Shown piece by piece: positions 52,180 to 64,000 of a DNA stretch of 64,000 bases. A model generated the notes under the pieces. That model saw only the letters and a program-made list of their open reading frames with translations. It did not search any database and was not told the origin of the DNA. Within the stretch, counting starts at the first letter, position 1; each line of letters opens with the position of its first letter. The stretch comes from Adineta vaga (lineage: Eukaryota > Animalia > Rotifera), in NCBI GenBank assembly GCA_021613535.1, contig CP075497.1, positions 2,170,001-2,234,000 of the forward strand, written 5' to 3'. Position numbers and translations under genes: made by a program.

Positions 52180-53474
52180 TTACATCTAAATGAAAAGCAA
52201 AATGATCAAATCGAAACTTGAGATTTATTTGATTTTTTACCTTCCAACGATTTCCACAGTTTTTACAAAAAACAAATAATGTCATTGGTTCATCCGCACT
52301 ACGTGTTTGAGCTTCTGTATATGCACAATTATGTTGTTTACATCTATAAAAAGTTTACTAAATATTATCAAAAGAGAATCAATTCGATTTCCTTACCGTC
52401 GACATTGAATAAGGTCAGTACCCACGCCTTCATCTGTTGCAAGTTGATATTCATTAATAGCAAGATCCGTTAATTTTAATCGTTCTTGTTTCAATGCATC
52501 ACTTGCCATTTCCTGTATTACAAAACGAGAAAAAATTGATAATAAATTCTAATAAAACATACTTCAGCAGATAGAACAGCTAATCGTTCTGGTGTAATTA
52601 AACCAAGAAGAACATTAATACGAAGATTGGGATTTTTTGCATCTTTTAAATTGGAAATACGACTACGAATACGATTACGATACTTAACACTTGTATCTTT
52701 TAATTCTTTATAAATCGCTGGAAAAAAAAGGTAATATAGTTTTTCTTTCTACTAGAAAAAAAAGGAGTTTCGATTGTACCATCTTCACATCGTGCAGCTA
52801 ATTCAACTGGATCAGCGGAACCTTCGGGTAATTCAACCATAGAAAGCGCACTAGCCAATAGATCGCGTGATTTTAATCTAAAATCAAATAAGAAAACTTT
52901 CTTCTATCATAAATTTCACATTTCTTCTTACCTAACATCATCATTTGTATGTAAACCTGTAAAACTACTCGATGACGAAGTAGCTTGATATGGCTTTCGT
53001 TCAAATGATTTCATTGACTCACTGGTTTTTCCATTGATTTCTTGAGAATTTTGGCTATTATTATTACTACTACTACTACTCGCTGTTACAGTTTGCTTTT
53101 CATCTTTATTGACTGGTGTCGATGTTGATTCTTGAAAAGATGATTAAATCAATAGATCAATTAGAATAAACATCTTACCAGGTACAAGTTTCTTCCAATT
53201 TTTTAGAAGACTTTTCGCAACAGTTGAAAGATCTTCATTGGCAATTAATCGTCGTAAATTATTCACAGTTTTTCCAATACCAGTTTTTTGTAAAATATTG
53301 AGTGTTATACGTGATTCTTGTAAACGTCCAAGTAAATCTCGAGCAATACTTTCATCCTAGATTTATTTACATGAAAGGAAAAATTGATTTTAATCGAAAA
53401 CAACATACAAAATCGGATTTATCAATCATTTTTTGTAATTTTCGATTGATTTTCACGATTTCTTCTTCAGCCAT
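52180..53474 (-). CDS. TCEA1: Transcription elongation factor S-II
   Basis: [50 protein letters not shown]; last exon only ATG TAA. Confidence 0.94.
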
Positions 53475-54062
53475 CTCGTAGAATCGATTGATATAAAAAT
53501 ATCAAATAATTGTTGTTTTTTAAAAGACACTTGTCTTGTCTTTTTCCTCGGATAAAAATCACCACAAATAAATTTATTAGTCATTTTTATGTCAAAAATT
53601 TTTCTCTTATCAAAGAAATTTATTTACCAAAAAAACATCAAATTTCAAATAAATATACAAAATCAATTTAATTAAAAAAACAAAATTTTATTTGCAATAG
53701 ATGGCGTTAGTAAATGGATAATGGTTCAGTTTAAAATTTTATTCGTTCATTGAGGATTTTCTCTACGATACGAAACGAAACGAAAAGTTAGTTATTCTTT
53801 GAATTGAATTTGAATGATAAAAAAACAAGTTTGTCTATGATTGTTGTGTAATTACATAGAAATCTGATTGATGAAAGGTCTGTGTTTTTGTTCTGTCAAT
53901 TTAGATCATATAAATCGTTTGTTTGCAAACATCACACTCGTCTTGTGTATAAACAAAACGAAAGAGAAAAAAGAGATTAGAACGGAGCTTGATTTGACTT
54001 CATCGAACGAACGATGTCCATCAATAAGCAACGATTTAGTTACTATTATTCATTTATATACA

Positions 54063-56127
54063 ATGACGACAGGTATTTTAACTTTTCTTCTAACAATCAT
54101 ATCGTTTACCATTCAACAAAGTACAAAAAAAATGAAAATAATTTCAATTTAACTATTTTCCTTTATTTAGTTCGAACAGATTGTCAAAATGAAACAGTAA
54201 CCGAATCAAAATTTGTCTATCGACGTGTGTAAGTTTGTTCTTTATTGAGAAACACATCCCTCATCATTTCTAAAATTCTTCTCTAGTTGTTATTTTGCCA
54301 ATTGGGCGGCAAAACGATATGATAATATCAGTCGATTAGCACCCGAAGATATCGATCCATTTCTATGTACACATATTAATTTTGCTTTTGCAAAAGTTCT
54401 TGAAAGTTTAGTTCTTGCACCTTATGAAGAAGATGATTTGAAAGGTTGGACAGCAAATTCCAAGGGCATGTATGAACGAATATTGAAATTGAAAGAAACC
54501 AATCCTGATCTACGTGTTCTTCTCAGTGTGGGAGGATGGACACATGCATCACGTGGTTTTAATGAAGTATCAAAAACAGCAGCGAATATGTAAGGTTTTA
54601 GTTTTCAAAAAGAAAATACGAATTATTTGAATTATTCAATGTAGAAAAACATTTGTCAAGAATAGTGTGAAATTCTTACGTGATAATAAATTTGATGGAT
54701 TAGATTTAGATTGGGTAAATGAATGTGTGTTACATTGTGATTTGATCTCGAAATATTCTATTGACATAGGAATATCCAGGAGCGAAAGATCAAGGTGCTG
54801 AGCCTCATTCAAAAACCGGTTATACAAAATTAGTAAAAGTAAAAAAGAATCAAGGAGATTTTCAATTCTAAATCGATTATTCTAATCAAAATAGAAATTA
54901 AGTCGAGTGTTTGCACGTGAAGCTGAACGAACAGGTCAAGAGAAACTTTTATTAACTTGTGCAACAGGTATTCGATCAATCGAAAAAACAAAATAAGATT
55001 TTACTCGATTCTTTTAGCTGCTGCACGACATCGAATCGAAGCTGGTTATGAAGTTGAAGAAGTCTGCAAGTAAGAAATCTTCTCTCATATCTTCTATCAA
55101 ACATTGATTTTACTTGAAGATACTTTGATTTTATATCTGTCATGACTTGTAAGTAATAATCGTTTTATTGTACAAATGAAAAGATATTCGTATGATGAAT
55201 TTAGATGATTATCATGGTAGTTGGGATGGTAAAACAGGACATAATAGTCCATTGTATGCAATGCGTAATGAACGGAAGAAATTTCGTGAATGGAATATCA
55301 ATAGTTCGATGCATGTTTGGGAAGAACTTGGTTGTCCGAAAGAAAAACTGAATATCGGCCTTTCTGCTTATGGTTTTGTTTATTTTTGTATTTAAATTAG
55401 TTCTCTTATGAATCAATTATTTAGGACGAGCTTTTTCGTTATTTGGAGAAACAGGTATGTCGAATGGTAAACCAAAATCAAAGAAGAAATCTTCGATTGG
55501 AGTAAAAGCAAGTGCTGCTGAAGCAGGAAAATATACACGAGAAGCGGGTGTTTTAGCCTATTATGAAGTAAATTTCAATTGAATTGTAAAAAATCATTAT
55601 AACATTTTTCTAGATTTGTGAATTATTACAAAATAATCCAAATAATCGTGTCTTTTGGCATCGACAAATGAGTGTTCCCTATGTTTCAAGTAAAACCTTA
55701 TGGATTGGTTTTGATAATGTTCGAAGTGTAACTCTTAAAGTAAATCGAAGTGGTTATCTAATAAAAGAAATTCTTATTGGTAAAATCTAGATGCAATTTT
55801 TAAAAGAACAAGGTTATGGTGGTGTTATTATTTGGTCATTAGATCTTGATGATAAAACAGGTGAAGTTTGTCATGAAGGTCCATTTCCAATTTTTAACGC
55901 AGCAAAACGTGAATTACTCATTTTACCAGAACATCTTGCAAGTAAAACATCAACATGTTCAGATGAAAATGTAACGATAGCAATTGAACATCTACATTCT
56001 CGAATGACTCGAATAAAACAAAGTAAAATTAGATAAACGAAAGAAATTCATTGAAAATTAAGTTCGACTTTTTCGTTTAGATAGTTTCTTTCTTTTCTAC
56101 CTGGTGTTACGAAATTTACTTGGATAA
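54063..56127 (+). CDS. GH18 chitinase, secreted, hydrophobic C-terminus
   Basis: CYFANWA, DPFLCTHINFAFA, LLSVGGW, FDGLDLDWEYPG (catalytic DxDxE intact across intron), MTYDYHGSW, GGVIIWSLDLDD; no chitin-binding domain seen. Confidence 0.92.
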
Positions 56128-56271
56128 AAATCAAATCATCGAAATTTCTGTTGTTTTTTTTTGTAATTTTTAGATGAATCGAATAAACTCAAACGATGAA
56201 ACTGATGATAACCTGTTCATATAGGAGGGGGCGAAATGACCTAGCTCTACAAAATTTTGTCTCTTCTCTAG

Positions 56272-57000
56272 ATGGTAGATCATTTAATTGACTTACGAGA
56301 TCGAGTTGGTCTTGCTCTTTCTGCCAATCGTTATCATGATGTGATCTCTATTTATAAAAACTATCTGGAAACTTTCGATGATATTCCACCAATGGATCGT
56401 CAAATGCTTTATATTGCTTATAGTAAACTTATTCTTGATTATAATTTTAAATCTTATTGGAAATTAACTTCAATTGAACTAAAAGAAAAGATTGAATTCG
56501 ATTATCTTGAATTAATTGAAAAAGAAATTGATTATTTTTGTAATGATATTGTCGAATTAATTGATGATTATTTCCTTGCATCAAAATTAAATCAAGATTT
56601 AGATACTATTATCACATTAAGACAACGGGCTGATTTTCTTTACTTTAATTCATCGATTGCAAGGCCAGCAACAAAACAAATTCTACTTCAATCAGCTTTA
56701 CGATCGTATACGGAAGGTAGATTTGAGATGATTTCTATTTGGAAAAGAAAACTCAGGAATTTAGGTGTGGAACGATCTTGTTTAACATTACCAATCAATG
56801 AACCTGAACGAGTATTGATTCAACTTCGTAAATGTGCTTGTGAAGTACAATTATCCAATGGAAAATGTACTTCCGAAACATATTTCGAATTAGTTCATGC
56901 CATTGAAGAAATGAAATCTTCGAATCTATCAACTGATAATTCCTTAATTGTTCAAATGGAATCCTATCGATTAGAATTAGAAAAACTTCGATGTAAATAG
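56272..57000 (+). CDS. Highly divergent 14-3-3-like protein
   Basis: Colinear matches to 14-3-3 helices: ANRYHDV, DRQMLYIAYS, SYWKLTSIELKE, IEKEIDYFCNDIVELIDDYF, RQRADF, LPINEPER, DNSLIVQM; probable 48-nt intron 56717-56764. Confidence 0.72.
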   Translation: MVDHLIDLRDRVGLALSANRYHDVISIYKNYLETFDDIPPMDRQMLYIAYSKLILDYNFKSYWKLTSIELKEKIEFDYLELIEKEIDYFCNDIVELIDDYFLASKLNQDLDTIITLRQRADFLYFNSSIARPATKQILLQSALRSYTEGRFEMISIWKRKLRNLGVERSCLTLPINEPERVLIQLRKCACEVQLSNGKCTSETYFELVHAIEEMKSSNLSTDNSLIVQMESYRLELEKLRCK

Positions 57001-57350
57001 AAATTTTCGACCTATTTTCTTGTTTTTATAAATGAAAGAATAAATATTGACTGAAAGAAAACTTGACGGTATTGTCATAGGTTGTTTTTCTTACAAACAT
57101 TTTTACCAAAAAAGGTGATTTGAAAAATGTCCAAATAAGGCAAAGAATACCAGTAATAGATGAATCATCACCATATGTTTTGCGTTCTGTTCTTTTCTCT
57201 TACTCTTTTATCAAGTAAAAAAAACATTAACTTACTTCTCTGTACAGATATGTAGATATCGAACGATATATATATATATATACATAAATGCGCATTCCTT
57301 TTCTTCTTCTTCTTTTCTAGAAAAAGAAAATAGCAGCATCGTGACATAAT

Positions 57351-58759
57351 ATGGCATCATCGATGGAAATAATACCATGCCTTATCAATGACCTTCCTGA
57401 ACTTGTTCTAGTTCATATTTTTTCTTTTTTAACAATTGATGAACGACAATTAATCGAAGAAACATGTAAATTATGGTATAATATTTTACGAACATCTCGT
57501 CGTTTAGCATTTCATTGTGTTGTACAATTACATGCACTTGTTGAAGATGTTCCAATGCCAACACGATTAGGTCGTGTTTTACCTCGATGGACAAGATTAA
57601 CTCAAAATATATCCAAGCCAACACAATCCATTGAACCAAGACCATATGGTTATATTCAACAATATCTCAAACGATTTCGAAATGATATTAAATATTTGTC
57701 TATTGATGTTGAACAACATGATATTTCATGTCGATATGTTCTTTGTCAACTTTTAACACTTTTTGCTCCAGAACAATGTTCACAAGGTCGACAAATTCGT
57801 ACATTTTCCCTTCGATTTATCAGTCATAATCCTTTATTAATGAAATCTCAAGATATTATTCAAGCTCTACGAAACTTTTTTCAATATGATGCTTCAAAAA
57901 ATCATCGACAATCACTTTTATCTTGTGATCTATCTGGTTTGACCGTCTCTTTAGATGATGATACAATCCTAATGTTAATAAAACATAATCCTTGTTTACG
58001 TAAATTAAATTTACAAGATCAATCTTTAGTTTGTATATTAACACCATTTTGTATTTTACAAATTCTTGATGCACTGAAAGATCTTGAAGATATTTGGATC
58101 GATATGATTTCTCTATCTGATGAATTTATTTTAATGCTCATTGCAGAAGATGATGAACAACAACAACCAATTAGAAAATATTCATCATTTAAACATTTAG
58201 GCGTAAGAATTCGACGTGAGGAAAAATTTTCCGATGAAATTGATAAAAGTTTATGGCAAAAATTACATGAAAAATATCCTCATTTGAAAATGACATTAAA
58301 TTTTGGTTTAACAACACCTTTAAATCGCATTCGAGCTTACATGAAAGCAGATTTACAATTACCGGTAGATTTCTTTGTCAAATTTGTAAATTCATTTTAA
58401 TCTTTCTTTTTCATTAGGTACAAACATTGATAATCAATACACCGATTCCACTTGTTGATGAACTTTGTTTGGCTGCAAATAGTTTTGCTGAGACTTTAGA
58501 AAATGTTCATATTTGTACATCTGGTCAATGGGTATCAATGACACGAACACCAAATTTCATTAAAGCTGTAGTCTATCTAGCATATAGATGTATCCATTTA
58601 CGTACATTGTATGTAGATGTTGCACTGGATGCAGATGCTATCGAAGAAATCTGTCGATTACATCCACATTTAAAAGAACCTGGTGCAAGTAAACTTCTAC
58701 TTACTGATAGTCCAACACATACAATAAATCCTGAAGATATGGGCGATCTATTTGGTTGA
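57351..58759 (+). CDS. F-box/LRR protein (FBXL8/FBXL3-like)
   Basis: F-box DLPELVLVHIFSFL..CKLWY; LRR-like LLSCDLSG, LRKLNLQ, LRTLYV; intron 58365-58417. Confidence 0.8.
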
Positions 58760-59011
58760 ATTGTTTGTTTTCCTAATGAAATTTTTTTATTTATAAAAAT
58801 AATCATGCTTGTATTTTGATCCTAAACCATTTTTAATGTAAAATATGTATTACAATTATTTTCAATGAATAATTCGTTTTCAAACGAACTGTCAAATCTT
58901 ATTCATAGAATTTTTAATGAAACTGTCAAGATAAAAGTTTCTTTAGAATATTATCTCAAGGATTATTATTTGATCTGAGTATTAACATTGACTGTTGAAT
59001 TTACAATGCAA

Positions 59012-60284
59012 TTAATCATGTTTTTTACTTGCTTCAACTTTAAAAAAATAATCTAACATATCAACAACAACAAACGTCGAGATATTTTTTGATAAAAGTT
59101 TCAATAAAAAGTAATTATTTCCTGTTAAATGTTCTTGTGCGAAATCATGGATCTTTTGCGGTGAATGTTTTGCTCGATCAATTAAATGTGTTCGAACATA
59201 ATGTTCTCGTGTTTTGTCACTACTAATGAGACAATGTAATAAATGACCAATCCATTTGATAAGATCAATAAATGTTATTAAACCTAATAGAATAAACCAA
59301 AGATATAAGAATACATACATTTTTTCGACAATAATATTTAATGGTAGAATACATTCAACAGTATAAGCATGATTGGATGCTAATTCACGAAATGTAAAAT
59401 CACAAAGTGTGCGTTTGGGAAATGAACTTGTATCGATTAATTCCGAAACACCTGAAGTGATTTTTTGAGTAAATTGTGCAAGAAAATGTGTTTGTAATGA
59501 TTCTTTTCTTAGATGATTTAATCGTGTTATACCTAATGGTCGTGTTCCAATAATTAAATGAATTAAACCGATTTGAAGTAAACAATTGAGAATGTATAAA
59601 ACTTTTACACCAATATAACAAATGATAAAATAACAGGAAAATAATCTATGACATCGTCGAGAAGTAGTCTGTGGTCCAATATTTTTATCTTTTTGTTCGA
59701 AGATTTGTGAATTTAAATGAATGATTTTATTTTCACGATATTTTGATATATCTTTTTCTTTTTCAAACTTAGGTACAACATAAATTTCACTTGCTCTATC
59801 TAATAAATCCTTCACATCATGTCGACTACCTGCTAATGCAAAAAACCAAATAAATTTCGGTATATAAAACAAAAGTGCTTGAGCTCCAAGAATCCATGGC
59901 TAATATAAAAGCAAACAAAACTTCGTATCTTAACAAAAAAAAGCAAAAGAAAATACATACCAACCATTGATAATAGATTATCAATGATTCATATCGTTCA
60001 TTGATTGCCGTAGGTACTCGTCTATTATCTGGAATATAATATGTATTATTTGCATAACAATACGCTGTTATGGCTTTTTCATAACGTTTCAATTGTGCTG
60101 GTATCCAACAAATAATTGGTACAGTATACGATGTTTTCACTCCACATAAAATTGCGAATAAACATAAAATACCTGCGGTAAATTTATAACTTAAACGATC
60201 AATAAGAAAATCATCAGCTTTCGCGCGAATATTTGCAAACGATAAAATTCCCGAAAATTTATTAGCAATTGTCAGTACTTCCAT
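59012..60284 (-). CDS. Innexin
   Basis: DDFLIDRLSY, ICWIP, YCYANNTYY, YYQWLPWIL, FPKRTLCDF, CILPLNIIVEKMYVFLYLWF; four TM segments; one intron. Confidence 0.94.
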
Positions 60285-60901
60285 TTCAAACCAATACTTG
60301 TCACTGGCGTTTATGTATGTGTACGCACACCGAACACAGGTTACCTCCCACCACTACCAGTCGTGTAGAAAGTTTTTTTTTTCTCTCCCTCTTCTCTTTT
60401 CTTCAACGTCTCGATCTATATATATATATGTATGCAATCTCTATTCACGAGTGAGCAAAGAGACCTAACAAAGAAGAGAACGAAAAAAAAGAGAAAAATT
60501 TGACGTAATATTTCATCAAAAGGGATAGATGGTCTGTTTTGTATGCAATTGGGTGTGCGCGCACAACTATTACATACGTATCGGTCTACCAAAGAGTAAC
60601 AGAAAAGAAAGAAGAGTAGGGTTGTTCTGTCATGTTTAGCTCCTAGTCAAATATAATTTTGTTCCTCCAATATATTTATTGTTCTCATCCTATCCAATTG
60701 AAGAGAAAAGAAAAAAGCGTGATGAGACCGATAATCAGATGAGAATGTCAAAGAATCATATAAAATGACTATCAATGTATATTTACTGCCAGGCAACAAC
60801 TTTGTTCAATGTCATTCTTTTTTTCGTTTTATCAATTTATTATAAATGAAAGATAAGTTTGTTTGCAAACAGAAAACAGAAGAAAAAGAAAAACGATTTA
60901 T

Positions 60902-61370
60902 TTATTTCTCTTCGATTTTTGTGGAATGAAATATTTCATCGAGCCAATCAGGTTGAAGTGGTGGATAATCATTGATGTTCTCTAGACTAACATTGAAAAG
61001 AGATAAATTTGGACGAAGTGAATATCGATAATGTTCATCATCAGTTTCTTCTTCTTGTTGTTCTTCAACATACATATTTTGTCGATAAACATGTTCCTTT
61101 GAAATTAGTACTGGTGGATGACGACGAATGATCGGTACGCTTTGTGGAATGTAATTAACATTCTAAAACAATTCAAATTAGTAGAAATGTGAATAGATAA
61201 GAAAAATTATTTACCTTAACGATCGTTTCTGTTGGTTTAACTTTTTTCGTATTCGTTTTGAATGTTTGTTGAGATTTCTTGGATGTAAATGAAAGTGTAC
61301 GTGTAATACGTGAAACAAGTTTTGATAACGATGAAGATGATGACCATTTCGAAGATTTGTCTGTAGACAT
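60902..61370 (-). CDS. Hypothetical 138-aa protein, two exons
   Basis: Exon 61215-61370 splices in phase to 60902-61162 across a 52-nt GT-AG intron; basic N-half, acidic C-half; no recognised domain. Confidence 0.6.
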
Positions 61371-61708
61371 GTTTGAATTGTTGAATACAGAATGAAGTGA
61401 TCAACAAACTATCCAACGATTTAAACATCAGTTAAGTTCAACAAGCTTAACTGATCTATTTGAAACATCTTTGATTGAAATTAGTGTTCTTTTTTTCAGA
61501 CAATTGGCTTAATTAATTTCGTCTTTTCTCTGATCATCTTATCTTAACATTGTCTTCATTTGTTAATTGATGATCGACAATACAAAACATATGTTTCTGC
61601 TTGACTAGAACAGCTTGAAACATATGGAGGATATTGTATACCTTGAAGATAGATGAATTATGTAACAAACATCTCTTGATTTATTAAGAAAATCAATAAA
61701 AAGGAAAC

Positions 61709-62782
61709 TTATAATTTGGAATTATCTGAAAGATATAGAATAGCATTTTGTAATTCTTGATTTCGTTTTTTCTGTTCTTGAATTTGATCTTCATATTCCC
61801 TTTTCTTCTTTGAAGTATTATCATCGATCTCTTTGATTTGTTTTTGTAAATTGTCATTTATTTTACATAATTGATCACATTTTTGTTTCAGATCATTAAA
61901 TCGATTTTCAAATTCTAAACAATTTTCTTTAATTTTCTTTAAATTCTCTTGATTTGTTAAAATTTGTTGATTGAAACTATATTTCAGTAGAGCATATTGA
62001 GTTTTATACAAAACATGAATCGGAAGTATAAAATCAGTTAAATTTCGAAATATCGGATACCATCGTTGAATTCTAGAAGCATCATTTTCATCAATACAAC
62101 GATATTGTGATAAACTACACACATATTCTGGAGATGAATATTTATCGATGGAAAGTATTTGGCCATTGAGATAATGTGGCATATCCAGAAGAACACGATC
62201 CGATGAATCTGAATGTTCGAATAAAATGAAACATATCCCAGCAGTGTTTTCTTCTTCTAACATTTTAACGTCAAGAATATTTCCATATGTGCCGAAATAG
62301 GAACGAATATTGACATCAGTAAAAAGAGAATCTGTTTTTTGAAAAATGATTAGTTTAGGAAAATAGTTTGAAAGAAAAAGAATTTCACCTGATGAATTCA
62401 TTCGAATAACAATTCCAGGTGAAGATATTAATCGTTGACATTTTGGAATTGTATCTGGTAATAGACGTTTTATTGTTATGCCATATTCTTCATTAAATTG
62501 ATCTCTTTTACTCATACATAGATCTACACAAGCTTTATCATTAAATTCAATAAATGCAAACGATTTTCCTATGAGAAAATTCACTAAAATTTATTCAAAT
62601 TCGTTCTATTTCTATTCTTTACCTTCAAATCTTCTTTCATTATATGACATCATCTGACAATCAAGAATATATTGATCATCATTCATCGTTCCATGTTTCG
62701 TAAAATATGCACATAACTTTTCCTGTGTCCAAATTTCATTATCGATTACACCAACAAATAATTGTCGAATCTTTACTGACAT
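61709..62782 (-). CDS. Two-RRM RNA-binding protein with C-terminal coiled coil
   Basis: RQLFVG (RNP2), KSFAFIEF (RNP1), YFGTYGNILDV..GICFILF; heptad-rich tail. Confidence 0.8.
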
Positions 62783-62954
62783 TTTAATCTATAGTAAAAA
62801 GAAAACAAGAAGAAGAAAATTTCAATTCGTTTTTCTTTTATTTAACAATGAAAATACTGTTTAAATGCATTAGAAAGAAGGAAATATAAGAAAATAAATA
62901 TTCGAAAATTAATTTCAAAACTAAAACAATGGACGGTTTAAACTAAACACGAAT

Positions 62955-63977
62955 TCATTGTTGATTGACAATATGTTCAATATCTATCGATAGAAACAAA
63001 ACAAAAATAATCAAATCTTATTCATTATTTTTCACTGACCATCATCCGCTGATTGATTCTTCGTTGAACATTGACATTCATTCATTTGTTTTCGTATTTG
63101 ATCAAGATTCAATTGAAGTTTAGTTAAAATAAAAGTTGTCTATGGATATAGAAATGAAATTTAATGAATATTTAATGAAAGTCTTTACTTTATCGGTTGA
63201 ATTATATACAAAATGAGCTAATTGATCGAAAGATTTCGATAATACTTCATTGATATCGTCGAATTTTTCGAGAGATTTCCTTTCTAAATGTCGATGTTTC
63301 GATGGAATCATATCTTTATCATTGAGTAACGTATGTATTTGTAATTTTTGTAACTGATTATAAATCAGAGAGAGATTCCAATGCTCCAATGTATTCAAAC
63401 GAGTTCTTAATTGTTCAATTGTTGATAAAGCATTATTCAATTCAACTTTCGAATACTTTCTTTCGACTAATTCAATTGAAAAAACAAACAAACAAATCTT
63501 AGTCAGAACAAAACATCTTCTTTACTTTCATTCATACGAATTGATAGATCTTGAACATTATTCTTCAATTGAATATTTGCGTAGATTAAACCGATACTAA
63601 AATGAAAATGAAATCATTTGAAAATAAGAAAAGAGTCTTACCATGTACTAAGAAAAATACAAATAACAGAAATAGTTAAAATTGATTGTAAATATTTCCA
63701 ATATAAAGAATGGCGAGATGTATGTCTAAAGAAGAGAATTCAAATTGATTCAGATGAAAGAATATAGTGAATTTTCTAACCGAGTGATGGATAGTTTTTG
63801 TTGAGGTAGAAATAATTCATCTTCGGAACTTCGGAGAATATCATTTGGATGGGTTTTTGTTAAACGAAACTTTAATAAATTATCGAGTTGTTTACGTTTT
63901 CGTATTTTTTTATTTGAATGACGTAGAATGTTCGAAGGTACTTCATTTACTTCGCAATCTTGAAAAATATCATCCAT
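62955..63977 (-). CDS. EFCAB14-like single-pass membrane coiled-coil protein
   Basis: KKIRKRKQLDNL resembles EFCAB14 N-terminal KKRKELxAL; SSEDE acidic patch, TM segment, coiled coil; stop TGA 62955-62957; no EF hand seen; 5' end near window edge. Confidence 0.55.
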
Positions 63978-64000
63978 TAGGATAAATTTATTCTACCGAT

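Noticed and set aside
77-64000. Many 60-130 aa Phe/Ile/Leu-rich or antisense ORFs in the track
   Set aside because: Typical of AT-rich non-coding DNA or reverse frames of real exons; many use bacterial-style TTG/GTG starts.
1-64000. CRISPR arrays, rRNA, intact tRNA, autonomous transposons, prokaryotic operons
   Set aside because: None seen; the sequence is intron-rich eukaryotic DNA with no transposase or reverse transcriptase ORF.

Overview
AT-rich, gene-dense eukaryotic (metazoan) genomic DNA with very many short (about 45-65 nt) GT-AG introns. The intron style, an innexin, a receiver-like/ADP-ribosyltransferase/TPR gene and an intron-bearing DUF4419 gene point to a bdelloid rotifer (Adineta/Rotaria-like); this is inference. 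About 24 protein-coding loci can be assembled: IP3 3-kinase, GPI-type alpha-carbonic anhydrase, fibrinogen-related protein, a 14 kb VPS13, FGF, Sts-like histidine phosphatase, two Ajuba/WTIP-like LIM genes, DUF4419, cytoplasmic intermediate filament, CCT1, Smad4, class IV sirtuin, NCS EF-hand, alpha-SNAP, TFIIS, GH18 chitinase, a very divergent 14-3-3-like protein, F-box/LRR, innexin, an orphan, an RRM protein and an EFCAB14-like protein. An accessory patch at about 21-26 kb holds a disrupted R-S-E ADP-ribosyltransferase-TPR gene, a second decayed copy cut by a MITE, and a foldback element. Best leads: the REC-like/ART/TPR birth-and-death locus; a 14-3-3-fold protein that has lost its phosphopeptide-binding residues; four same-strand gene pairs 140-172 bp apart with an unpaired splice acceptor before the downstream ATG (candidate SL-trans-spliced operons); a domesticated foreign DUF4419 gene sharing an AP-1/TATA module with the sirtuin; hidden microexons and a tRNA-like relic in VPS13 introns; candidate non-AUG starts in Smad4 and a LIM gene. 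All family calls are from motif recognition by eye; no searches were run, and exon boundaries were read manually.
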